From the NCBI RefSeq assembly GCF_001194135.2, contig NC_068989.1, positions 55,565,820-55,629,819 on the forward strand: a stretch of DNA of 64,000 nt. The letters are read 5' to 3'. Position 1 is the first letter of the stretch; each line of letters begins with the position of its first letter. Below the pieces are notes generated by a model. It was not told the origin of the DNA. It searched no databases and saw nothing but the letters and a program-made list of their open reading frames with translations. This DNA comes from Octopus bimaculoides. Lineage: Eukaryota. The position numbers and the translations under genes were made by a program. Shown piece after piece: positions 1 to 11,396 of this stretch.

Positions 1-289
1 TTTCAAAGATAGTTTGTAACAGCAGTCGCAATGGGTGGTGGTGCACTGGAGTGATTTTCCATTGCGTTCTCTGGGTAGACAGGCATAAAGTCTAAAATTC
101 ACATGTGAGGTGACTAGGACTGGAAACTGAAGCAGCGTCATAGAAATAGCTCACCCACTGCTATTCTTTTACACTAATCCACAGCAATACTACAAATATT
201 ATCTAAATAAGTTTCAATGGCCCATGGGCAGGGCTGTCTTAGCAGCATTATAGATTTCTGGGCAAATCAATGCACTACGCCCTACAGAA

Positions 290-617
290 AGAAAGGACCC
301 CCTTCAGTGATGAATAACCATGGGATTGCACCTAGAAAGTTACCCTCCAAGGCACAAGTCTGGGCAGGGTTATTTATAAAAAAACAGCAGTCACCCATGC
401 ATTCCCTCTCCAGGCTACTGATGCTATCCAAAGGAAAGGCTAAGGCCAATACAGCTTGGCACCAGTGACATCTCTACTCAATTCTACAGCTGAGTGAACT
501 GGAGCAATGTGAAATAAAGTGTCTTGCTCAAGAACACAACACACAGCCCAGCCTGGGAATTAAACTCACTACCTCATGATTGTGATCCTGATGCTCTAAC
601 CACTGAGCCATGTACCT
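290..617 (-). mobile_element. tRNA-headed CORE-type SINE, family A
   Basis: Reverse complement shows head GGTACATGGCTCAGTGGTTAGAGC, core TTGTGTTCTTGAGCAAGACACTTTATTTCACATTGCTCCAGTTCACTCAGCTG and a tail shared with the copy at 24708-25005. Confidence 0.8.
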
Positions 618-809
618 TCACACTAGGCCTTATAGTATTTATCAACAACAAACCACAGAGTGCATAGATCGTAATTGAGCACCTAGACCCATGAGGACCT
701 CAGGCAAATACCTAATGTAACTATACATTAAGACAGTACTGCCCATGAGACAATTTAAATCCAGTATTCTGAACTAGGAAAAACAGCTGTTAATTATACA
801 GTTCTCCAA

Positions 810-1010
810 AGGCGGTGAGCTGGCAGAATTGTTAGCACACTGGGAAAAATGCTAAGCAGCATTTCGTCTGTCTTTAATGTTCTGAGTTCAAATTTCACCA
901 ATGTCCACTATGCTTTTTATCCTTTCTGGGTCGATAAAATAAGTACCACTTAAACACTAGCATTGAAATCTCTGAGATTGCTGGCCTCGTGCCAAAACTT
1001 GAAATCATCT
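810..1010 (+). mobile_element. tRNA-headed SINE family C (Nin/Sauria-like core)
   Basis: Starts GGCGGTGAGCTGGCAGAA, contains TTCTGAGTTCAAAT (B-box-like) and TTTATCCTTTCTGGGTCGATAAAATAAGTACC; homologous to 37105-37334. Confidence 0.8.
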
Positions 1011-1428
1011 ATACAGTTCTCCTGAATGCTTAAATCAGTCAACTGTGCAAGTCAATGATACTGGTTTACAAATAGGTGAAGTGAGCTAGCAAGAGATGAG
1101 TCTTTATACCCAAGACAAGAGAACATTTACGATGGGATGCAAACTACTAATTTCTGAATGGTAGGCAACTAACTTGGCAACCTGTTACAACACTGCAAAT
1201 GAAACTAAAAAACAATGCACATATGCAAACATAGGCACACATGCCTTGTTAGATAGTTCATAATATCTGCTCACTTGTAAAAGAACTTATATTCACCATT
1301 ACTGTGGCAGTTATCAATCTCATAGACTTCTTGCTTCTTACCATTCTAGAAAAGAATTTGTACTTTTCTCTGGACTGTTAACACATAATTGTTAAGAGCT
1401 GAAATTTTCTGTCAATGGCTCCTTAACT

Positions 1429-1432
<4 letters not shown>

Positions 1433-1491
<59 letters not shown>
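1433..1491. repeat. (CT)n-(CTAT)n microsatellite
   Basis: Direct reading of the tandem units. Confidence 0.95.
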
Positions 1492-1499
<8 letters not shown>

Positions 1500-2236
1500 T
1501 CAAATGTCTGTGTGCATATCTACTGTCATTGCTTTCTCCCCTTCTTTTGCCTATTCCCTTTCTTTGTCTACATGTCTTAAGTTGCTGTGTACTTTCTCCA
1601 TTTACTGTGTAAAGGCACTCTATTCCTGTGCTGGTGCCACTAAAAAACGCACCCAATAAACACAGTAAAGTGGTTGGCAAATGAACAAAGAAAACATAAG
1701 GTTCTGCAGTCACTTTAGTCATGTCATGCTATCTCGTCAATGACCAGTCAACCCTTCTAGTACTAGTGCCACAAATGAAGCACCAAGTGGTTCATGATAG
1801 GAAGAGCATCCAGCCATAGAAATCAAGCCAAATGACATGTATGAGCACCAATCTACAAAAGCAGTGGCTCATGATAAAGTGACTCTGACTGTGATGACTC
1901 ATCTAACCCATGTTAACACATGGAATGCAGACATAATGATGATGATGATGAGATTCAGTTTGAAGATTCTCATACAAAATGAAGCCAATGTTCACTGTGA
2001 GGTATTGAAATGTCCGATTAACTCAATAAAACTCTTACTCAACAATTAAACAACCTGTACTGAGTTCTCTTTGTGGTTGGTAGACAAACAGACAGACAGA
2101 CAGACAGGTGGGTGCATGGGTGGAAGGATGGATACATGTGTAACTGTTATGTAACTGTTAATGCACAGTCATTTATTACTTGAACTAGAGGACAAGAATA
2201 TGTTACGTACACTACCTATTTGCCAAGCTGGTCTAA

Positions 2237-2673
2237 CCATTTTGCTACCACATTTCTGCTGAAATACACTGTTTTACTTTCAAATAATGAAGAATATATT
2301 AATATAACTTCATCATTATTAAGCCTGTGTCTAGAACATAAATTAACATGAAATATTGATAGGAAGTTTCAATTTAGATCACTTTAACCCTTTAGCATTC
2401 AGATTATATTCTGTTGTGCATATTGCTTATTTATTCATGTTGCTTCGAATTAATCATGCATTATCTTGTAGCATCAAAATTTCAATGATGTGATTGTTTC
2501 TGGTTAGAATGACATTGCAAGGTAGCTGTGAAGAGGCTACATCTGGCTGGTTTGAACAAAGAACAGGTAGAATATTTTGGTCCAATATAGCCAGTTTAAA
2601 TGCTAAAGGGTTAAAACAAGAAGTTTGTACTGTAAAACCAAGGGTGGCCTCGGGTGATTTGGTATTAAAAGGG
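2237..2673. mobile_element. piggyBac-type MITE (host element) interrupted by a nested MITE
   Basis: Termini CTAA|CCATTTTGCTACC ... GGTATTAAAAGGG|CTAA. A fragment of the same family lies in reverse orientation at about 23590-23672. Confidence 0.6.
2388..2610. mobile_element. piggyBac-type MITE (about 223 bp)
   Basis: TTAA|CCCTTTAGCATT ... AATGCTAAAGGG|TTAA: terminal inverted repeats with TTAA on both sides; four more copies in the window. Confidence 0.85.
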
Positions 2674-3465
2674 CTAAGTAAGCCCTTAGTAATAATGGGT
2701 TTAAAAGTAGTGTCTCTGGATAATTAAAAGGGGTATTACACAAGATTAAAATTAGTCCAAATGGTCCCTCTTTTCCTGTCAAAGAGGATATTGTGTATAA
2801 AGGCAAATTATTTATAACTGTCAATTGTATGCAGTGCTGATTTAAATCTATAGTTATATTCCCTAGTACATTATAGCATACACACACACCCACACATGGA
2901 TTAACATGCATAAATATACAGAGATATAATTACAGGTAGGGAGGCACATTTCAATGTAAACAAAGTACAACTGCTTGCTCATTTTTTCTTCTCTTTTCAA
3001 TTATAATTTCAAAAACAAAGCAATAAGATTTGAAAGATTATTTAAAATTATCACTGAATCTCTGTGGGTGTCACATACTAACTTTAACTTAAGAATTCAA
3101 GGTAGGCATTAAAACTGTATAAACATGGTCATTTCTTTTTACAGTCCACATATGTTGGCTTAGTTTAGATTGTGAAAATAAATAAATTTATATTGATTTC
3201 AAAGTCCATAGATTGACAATGATACAATTTGTGTAGTTAAATATGGCATCTGAACATTGTTCAGTACAATAAAATGTTAGGATAATGAATATTCTGATTG
3301 TGAGTAACAATGTGAAGAAACAGCTGGGAAACAGAAAACTTATAGATAAAGAAGAGTTTGATAGAGAAAGGAGTTGAACAATAAGAAAGTTAGTTGATGG
3401 AAGGGGAGATAATAGTGAACAGAGAGAAAGGGTGGGGACAGTAAGGTCAACCATACAAAGCAGAA

Positions 3466-3604
3466 TCATACTAGACACAGATTTCCACCCGATCTACATA
3501 AGTCAGGAAACAAGATAAGGGTACTTTTATGGAAAACACACTGGAAGTATGCAGTCAATATTTTGACTAGTTTCAACCAATTGGCTGGAGAAACGATAGC
3601 AATG
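3466..3604 (-). CDS. candidate terminal coding exon (IAIVSPANWLKLVKILTAYFQCVFHKSTLILFPDLCRSGGNLCLV*), unidentified
   Basis: Acceptor ctccatacctcag and an open frame to TGA; no recognised homology; a competing plus-strand frame overlaps it. Confidence 0.15.
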
Positions 3605-3879
3605 CTGAGGTATGGAGTGTGAGTTGTGTTGACGAGTATCAACAGCCTTGTAGTACAGATCCCAGTTTTTTGTGTGTTTTTTTCTTTTAAGGCTTGCAGC
3701 TGTTGGGAAGTGTGAGTGTGCAACATGGTGACAAATGGGTTCATAAAATGCACTTCTCAACACTGATCTCAGACTTTACAAAGCTCTGCATGAATACCTG
3801 AACAGCTGTTGGATAACCTTGGCAACTGAGTGTAACTTACAGACATATTTATTGCTTTCCATGGATTTCTATCTAACAT

Positions 3880-4095
3880 GGCAAGTTAGTAGCATTGTTA
3901 GAGAGTCGGACAAAAGCTTTGCCGTATTTGTTCTGGCTCTTTCATTCTGAGTTAAATCCGACCAAGATCAACTCTACCTTTCATTCTTCTGAGGTTGATA
4001 AAATAAAGTACTTGTCAAGTACTAGAGTTCATGGTATCAACTAACCCCTTACCTCTCAAAATTGCTGGCCTTGTACTTAAATTAAAAACTATTAT
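3880..4095 (+). mobile_element. SINE family C, diverged head variant
   Basis: Contains TTCTGAGTTAAATCC, CCTTTCATTCTTCTGAGGTTGATAAAATAAAGTAC and tail AAATTGCTGGCCTTGT. Confidence 0.7.
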
Positions 4096-5168
4096 CTTTT
4101 ATAGGTGTCTGAAATATTTAAATAGATAATGATATTTTATACAAATCATTAAAATTCTATTGTTATTGTTTAAAATTAAGACCACTTAGAACTGATTCCT
4201 AAAATACAGCACTCGCAATCATTGAAACACACTGTATTGTAAGTCAACACAGCATACATAGTCAGCAATTGTAACTTACAATTAAATAATGGTTTTAAAA
4301 ATATGATCAAAAAGTGTATGAATGTCCTGAATTTGAAGGTCCAACCAACTGACAAATGAATGTTAAAATCACGCTCCTCTTATACAGAGGTGATTAAATG
4401 AAATATTCCAAAGAATATCATAATCAAAATGGTGGTCCTAGTGAGTAAAATAACAGTAAAAATAAGATAATAAAAATATAACCAAGAAAGCAAATTAAAT
4501 CAATTAAACAAAGAAAACTTTTAAAAATATAACAATGCATACACCAACTGTTTTGTAATGTACTGATGAGCTTTTGTTTCAATAGTTTTTTTCTGTTTTG
4601 GGTTAGTTTATTTTTTAAATAAATCTATATTATTGCTGAAAGATGTTAGTTTTAGAATAAAAATGACTGGAATGTGAAAAATTACAATGTTAACCATTTT
4701 CTGAACCAATGTTTCAAATTTGCAGAATTGATTATATGAACTCTAAATTTACCTATTAGAGGTTTTTGTCTTTTGGGAAAGTGTAAAGAATAATAACTAC
4801 CTTTAGTTCCTAAAAAGCTAAATGTAAAGGAAAAGTTAGCTAACATTCCCAAGAATCTAAATTGTAATGATGTGAAGAAAGCATCTGTTTTATGACTTCA
4901 CCATTGTCAATCCTATACTGAATATGATGGCAAACATTTGTAACAATATTTATGATATTCTGTAATGGCTTTTCAAATACATGTCTCTCCTGCCCCCTAA
5001 GGAATCCCACAACTCATTTATAGCCCCTTTTTATGGAGGATATAAAAATAATTGAGATCCAGGCTAAACTAGTAGTGTTCTGTAGTATTCAGTCAATAGG
5101 ACATAAACAGTTAAATACAACTTAATCCTAACATACTAAAAAAAATAGTTACAAGTATAGCCTGAAAC

Positions 5169-5197
5169 TTATTTAATTCTTCCTCTTCTTCCAATAC
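5169..5197 (-). CDS. candidate 29-nt exon (VLEEEEELN)
   Basis: Strong acceptor tttatttttatctcatag, weak donor gtttca; phase-compatible with 5855-5931. Confidence 0.18.
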
Positions 5198-5854
5198 CTA
5201 TGAGATAAAAATAAATTAAAAAACCAACTAGTTCAACATAAAATTGGTAAATAAACTCTGTGGTTGTCTGTTTAGTCCCTGCACACACACACACACACAT
5301 TTTCAAGTTGAGAAATTCAACACCTCACATACACAATACATGTATCTTTAGCTGTAAATGTAACATGCTGAATTTATTAGTTTCAAACATAAATATGCTC
5401 TACTGCTTCCATATTGAGTACTCTTTTGTTTGCGCAAGCTAAGGACAGCTATAACAACTACTGCCATTACAAACATAAATCTGAACAAGAAGGCTGAGAA
5501 AGAGAGAGAGAGGAACAGAAAGTGGGTGAGAGAGAGAGAGAAAGACAGACAGACAGGCAGACAGAGTATGAAGCAGAGATGAAATGCTGTTCAGTCTAAT
5601 GACATTCATATTCACCACTTCACAGTAAAACAAACAAAAACTCATGACCAGAACACATAGGAAATAACAGCAAGGTCAAGTGATAAAAAACAATAGTGAA
5701 AATATATCAGGGTATATTATATATAGATGTGAACTAAAGAACTCAAGACAACTTATAAAAAAACCAATCCTCATTATTCAACAATGACAGTTAAAAATGT
5801 TAACCTACACACACACATACGTACATACATACTCAGATAATTGCTATTCCTTAC

Positions 5855-5931
5855 CATTATACCTTCTGTTACAACACCCAGCATCACTATCATCGCATTG
5901 GAGTTAATCAACTTTATTTCTCTGCTTTGAA
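5855..5931 (-). CDS. candidate exon (QSREIKLINSNAMIVMLGVVTEGIM)
   Basis: Acceptor ttttttctcttttgcatctgatatcag, donor gtaagg, one open frame; no homology recognised. Confidence 0.25.
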
Positions 5932-6402
5932 CTGATATCAGATGCAAAAGAGAAAAAATATTTAAACAAGCAAGAAAATATCAAATTCGCTCAAGTGGAT
6001 AAAAGAGCACGAATCTATGTGTGCGTGCATTTCAAGAATCATATTTTTAAGTTTGTTTAACAAAGCACGCCCTTATGTACACACACTGACACATCCAGAC
6101 ACGTACACATTAAGCTAGATACATATACTTACTAATAAGTAACCCCACTTCTATCAGATTGCCTTCATTTGATAGCATTTCACAGGTTTATCTGAGCAAG
6201 GCTGATTAATTCCAGGAAGCTGGTTCACTGAAGCATCCAGAATAAGGGTAGGCTAGGAGTGGGCATAGAAAATACTTATGGTTCTACTCTAGGCTTTCTA
6301 GACACTTCTTCTTAACTTCACTGAAATTTTAGTGTAAAAGTTCTTCGAAACCAAAGAATCTCAAAATATTCAGAATTCATTTGGATATTTACAGTCACTC
6401 AC

Positions 6403-6485
6403 CAACAAGAACAACATAAAAAAGGTGGTGGGTAAGTGCACAGTCTGTTCTCTAGCAATGGGAGCAAAAGCAGTTAACAAAATAG
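6403..6485 (-). CDS. candidate exon (ILLTAFAPIAREQTVHLPTTFFMLFLL)
   Basis: Donor gtgagt, ttag acceptor after a T-rich tract, one open frame. Confidence 0.2.
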
Positions 6486-6707
6486 CTAACTAAAAGCTTT
6501 TCACATATTACAAAGCAGAACAGAGTTGAAGCATAAGATGTGCATGGTGAAAGATGGAGAATAGGAATGATTGTAACAACAGAAATAAACAAAACATGAA
6601 ATAAACAGAAATAAACAAAACATGAAATAAAGACAGAAGAGATTTTGTTTACTTTTTAGCGACTAACAAAAGTTTAAGGTTGACTGAAGGAAGTTAGTCG
6701 AACTTTG

Positions 6708-7026
6708 TTGTGTGTGTATGAGAGAGAGAGTGTGTGTGTGAGAGAGAGAGTGTGTGTGTGAGAGAGAGTGTGTGTGTGTGTGAGAGAGAGAGAGTGTGTG
6801 TGTGTGAGAGAGAGAGTGTGTGTGTGTGAGAGAGAGAGTGTGTGTGTGTGAGATAGAGAGTGTGTGTGTGTGAGAGAGAGTGTGTGTGTGAGAGAGAGTG
6901 TGTGTGTGTGTGTGAGAGAGAGAGTGTGTGTNNNNNNNNNNNNNNNNNNNNNNNNNNNNNNNNNNNNNNNNNNNNNNNNNNNNNNNNNNNNNNNNNNNNN
7001 NNNNNNNNNNNNNNNNNNNNNNNNNN

Positions 7027-7060
<34 letters not shown>
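6708..7060. repeat. compound (GA)n(GT)n higher-order microsatellite with an assembly gap at 6932-7026
   Basis: Alternating GA and GT blocks repeat with a period of about 18-22 nt, then an N run, then (GA)n. Confidence 0.95.
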
Positions 7061-7064
<4 letters not shown>

Positions 7065-7878
7065 TGTGCATTTTTATAAAATACCAAGTCTGGTTTTTAT
7101 CAAAAGATTAAGTTGGAAGTTTTTGAAAAAGATCATCACCAACACCACTAACACAAACTGCTGACATGCCCAACTACTAAGTAAAATTACCCACTAACCT
7201 GGCCGTAAATGCATCATTACCAATGCACCCGCCACCACTATCACCATCTCAAATACAGCGCTATTGCCAGCCCTATCACCACCACAATAACAACTTCCAC
7301 TGCCAGGCAACTTACACAGCAAGATTGCTTTACTTATCAACCTAGGGTGTGCACTAAGTAAATAAACTTTCACATTAGTCATGTAAGTGAAGCCAACTTA
7401 ACCAGTTTCACACATCAACAGATTTTTGTAGAAAGTCTTGTTTGTTTTTGTTGCTGTTGTTTTCTGAGTTACACACCAAACCTTATAATGTTCCAATGGC
7501 TCATTTACATAATAATACTGAGAAGATTACTGAAATGACAAGAGAACAATATTAAAGATTTCATAGTGGAGTATTTTTAGAACTGCCAGACAGACACCAC
7601 AGTCGAAGCAACTTCAAGAGTCAAGCAACATCAGTACTTCTTCCAAATATATTCAATAATCACGAGATAATAATACAGAATTCTACTCCTCACATTTGGC
7701 TCCTTGATACAAACCAGGAAATAATAATGAAAAGAAAAAGACTTGTAAAAGTGAAAGTATGGAGGAGGAGGAGAATGGATGGATGGATGACAGTTGGATC
7801 AATGGATAAAAGAACAGCAACGAGAGGCAGCTGGAGTAGTGGCTATAAGAGGAGTAACAGTGAAGTGGTAACTCAGCT

Positions 7879-7880
<2 letters not shown>

Positions 7881-7927
<47 letters not shown>

Positions 7928-8310
7928 NNNNNNNNNNNNNNNNNNNNNNNNNNNNNNNNNNNNNNNNNNNNNNNNNNNNNNNNNNNNNNNNNNNNNNNNN
8001 NNNNNNNNNNNNNNNNNNNNNNNNNNNNNNNNNNNNNNNNNNNNNNNNNNNNNNNNNNNNNNNNNNNNNNNNNNNNNNNNNNNNNNNNNNNNNNNNNNNN
8101 NNNNNNNNNNNNNNNNNNNNNNNNNNNNNNNNNNNNNNNNNNNNNNNNNNNNNNNNNNNNNNNNNNNNNNNNNNNNNNNNNNNNNNNNNNNNNNNNNNNN
8201 NNNNNNNNNNNNNNNNNNNNNNNNNNNNNNNNNNNNNNNNNNNNNNNNNNNNNNNNNNNNNNNNNNNNNNNNNNNNNNNNNNNNNNNNNNNNNNNNNNNN
8301 NNNNNNNNNN
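7881..8310. repeat. (TA)n microsatellite followed by an assembly gap (7928-8310)
   Basis: Direct reading. Confidence 0.95.
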
Positions 8311-8603
8311 GGTACTTATCGTATGGAGCTGAACGAACGAAATACGCAGTCTCATAATTAAAATAAATGAGCAAATAAAACAAAATAACAAATATTAGAG
8401 AAGCAAATTAAAACAACTGAATAATAGAGATGAAATAAGAAATAAACAAGGGATACTTTCATAATTCTTTACTACACTGCACTACAGAACATATCTATAG
8501 GTTCTTGTAGCCAACACTGTGTTGTATTACAAGGATTGTAAGTAATTTTTCTGAACAATGTGTGCAGATGAAATGTTTACAATCATTGTAACACATATTA
8601 TGT

Positions 8604-8840
8604 GGAAGTGTGTGGCTTAATGATTAGGGTGTTGGACTCATGATCATAAAATTGTAGTTTCGATTCCTAGACCAGGTGGTGCATTGTGTTCTTGAGCAAA
8701 ACACTTCATGTTGCTCCAGTTCACTCAGCTGGCAAAAATGAGTAATCCTGCAATGGACCAGTGTTATGTCCAAGAAAGTAAATATACACCATGGAAACCA
8801 GAAAACCAACCTGCGAGTCTATATGAATTGGGAAGGATTT
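8604..8840 (+). mobile_element. SINE family A (CORE-type)
   Basis: GTGGCTTAATGATTAGGGTGTTGGACTCATGATC...GTTTCGATTCC head; TTGTGTTCTTGAGCAAAACACTTCA core. Confidence 0.8.
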
Positions 8841-9057
8841 TAATCTTTCTATCCCTAATACATTTTATTGGCTAAAAATACTGGTAGAAATTTTCTATAA
8901 CACATAGTAGCAACCAAATGAAACACAGTTAAAACACAAGGAATTTAATGTTCAATCTCATTCAACCTTAATAGTCAAACTCGCTGCCAAGAAAGTCATT
9001 AATATGCAAATTGGTCTACCCAGTTTCATTTAACTTTTAATATTATTGGGTTTATAA

Positions 9058-9236
9058 GGTGACAAGCTGGCAGAACCATTAGCACACTGGGAAAAATGCT
9101 TAGCAGCATTTTGTCTGTCCTTCTGTGCTGAGTTCAAATTCCACTGAGGTCAACAAAATGAGTACCAGTTGAGCACTAGTAATCGACTTACCTGCTGTCC
9201 CCAATTTGTTGGCCTTCTACCAGAACTTGAAACCAA
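9058..9236 (+). mobile_element. SINE family C
   Basis: GGTGACAAGCTGGCAGAACC...GAGTTCAAATTCC...CCAGAACTTGAAACC; part of the core is deleted. Confidence 0.75.
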
Positions 9237-10439
9237 TATTAATGGGTGTATAAGCAATGTGTTTATGGATGGTTAGACAAGGCATACAGCTGCTAATGAT
9301 TGACTCAAAAAGAATTGAAACATTCCCTCTTCTTTCTGTCCGCACAACATACTATACAGACAAATTATTTACAACAATCGTAACAGTGTTGGCTAAAAAA
9401 CAAAACCTATAGATACATTCTATAGTACATTATAGAAACAATACAAAACACTGCTAGAAAAATCAGTAATTTAATATTGGAGAATAGTGAGAAAAAAAAA
9501 ACAGAGGAGAAAATACAATTCCAGTTATAAAATCTACACGATTGCTGAATGCACGTACTTAAAGTAAAGCTTTATACTATGAAGCTGGTAACTATTGGGA
9601 CTATGATGTAACAAGGGATTTCACTCCCAAAATTAATGTCAGTGGACAGGGTAATTCAATAACTAGAATTCTTACTTTTAAATTATTAAAACTACACTAG
9701 TAATACCCATGGAAATGTGATAGTTATTTAACACTTGTAGGATGGATAGTAGTTCATAAAGAACTACAAAATACATAATTTCTTTTGAAAACAAATGACT
9801 TTTGAGGAGATGCAGAAATTCGTATATGTTGTAATGAAAGTGCAGTCTTGGGAGAGGGTATCTTTAAAAGTTATATTCTTTGTTAAACACTTGTTTTTTT
9901 TTTTGTTGTTTTTTTACTTCTCACAATGGATTGTGATGTCCTTACAAGGTGAGAGTTAATAAGGACTTCAGCAATGAATTCAGTGCATAAAGAGGAGTTC
10001 ATCCAGATTCAGTCCTCAACCCACAGGCACGCACACACACACACACACACACACAAATGCAATTGGGTATCTCTCCAAAAATGTCTTTGTCAAGCCTACA
10101 TCTCTTACCTCCCTTGCCTCTTTTGATGCCTACTCACTTTCTATCACTCGTCTCTCTCTGTCACACAAGTCACATATCCCCATTACTTTTCTCCCTATCA
10201 TACTCATCTCTCTTTCACTCATCATTCACTTACTCTTACCACAATTCACCTTTATTATCATTCATCTCTCTCTCTCTCTCCTCTTCCTCTACCATCCTCT
10301 CCAATCACTGCATTTCTACCATTGTACCCTGCCAACTTTCACCCACTCATCTTGATTCTTCTATCACTAATCTCTCTCCTATCCAGATACACAGCATTCA
10401 CTGAATGAATCTATTATCGTATAATGTGAACTCTTCACT

Positions 10440-10790
10440 CTTAGGGGATACAAAGCAATGTCACTTGTGCTAGCACCATGATACAAAGTCACTCAGTGCA
10501 GACTGTAAAATTGTTGGCAAACAAGCAGTGACAAAATGTCAAGAGGACCATTTAGTCTTGTCAGGTACATGTCAACCATTCCAATGAAGGAGCCATGAAA
10601 AAATGCATCCAGTACATTCTATGAAATTGTTGGTAATAGGAAGGGCATCCAACCACAGATATCAAGCAAAAAATGAAATGTATTAGTAAGATATGGTCCT
10701 CCAATTTGTCTAAGAGGGCAATAACTATGAATAAGAACTGATTTGGTCCATGACTTGTTCAACTCAGGCTAACATGGACATAAACTGATG
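10440..10790 (+). mobile_element. diverged RTE-associated 3' tail element
   Basis: GTTGGTAATAGGAAGGGCATCCAACC ... AACATGGACATAAACTGATGAT resembles the tail at 12600-12727. Confidence 0.55.
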
Positions 10791-11175
10791 ATATATTAGA
10801 CACATATAGGTTTATTTCTAACAAAAAATTAAAATAGAAATAAACAGAACATACACACACATGTGCAGACACACATACAAGAAAAATACAAACTACACAC
10901 ACACACACACTAGTATCAATACCCAACACTGCCCAAGTGCCAAATGTGTAGAAGATTATCAAAGCCTCTCATGAGTTTTTTTTTATTAACCCAGGGCTAT
11001 AACAGAAGACACTTGCCCAAGGTGTCATACAGTGGGGCTGAACCCAAAATCAAATGGTTTTAAAGTGAACTTTTCAAGCACACAACCAAATAGGAATATG
11101 ATGACAAAGGACTGAGATATCTGGCACCTTGCTGTACACAGGAAGGCCCATCCACCACACCAGAATGCATAGATA

Positions 11176-11195
11176 TATGTGTGTGTGTGTGTATG

Positions 11196-11239
<44 letters not shown>

Positions 11240-11267
11240 CACACATAGATATATGTGTGTGTGTATA

Positions 11268-11331
<64 letters not shown>

Positions 11332-11345
11332 TATATCTATGTGTG

Positions 11346-11378
<33 letters not shown>

Positions 11379-11385
11379 ATACATA
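11176..11385. repeat. compound (GT)/(CA)/(TA) microsatellite, partly palindromic
   Basis: Direct reading; source of several spurious ORFs in the track. Confidence 0.95.
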
Positions 11386-11396
11386 TATGTACGTAT

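Noticed and set aside
7194-7382. 62-aa minus ORF ending at a gttagt donor
   Set aside because: Built from low-complexity (CAC/CAT/TAC) trinucleotide-derived sequence.
6674-8391. Long ORFs of the THTLSL / ERER / YIYI type
   Set aside because: Products of microsatellites and N-gaps; the same applies to ORFs at 11025-11486, 38873-39143, 47076-47592, 50733-51202, 55357-55740 and 60760-61196.
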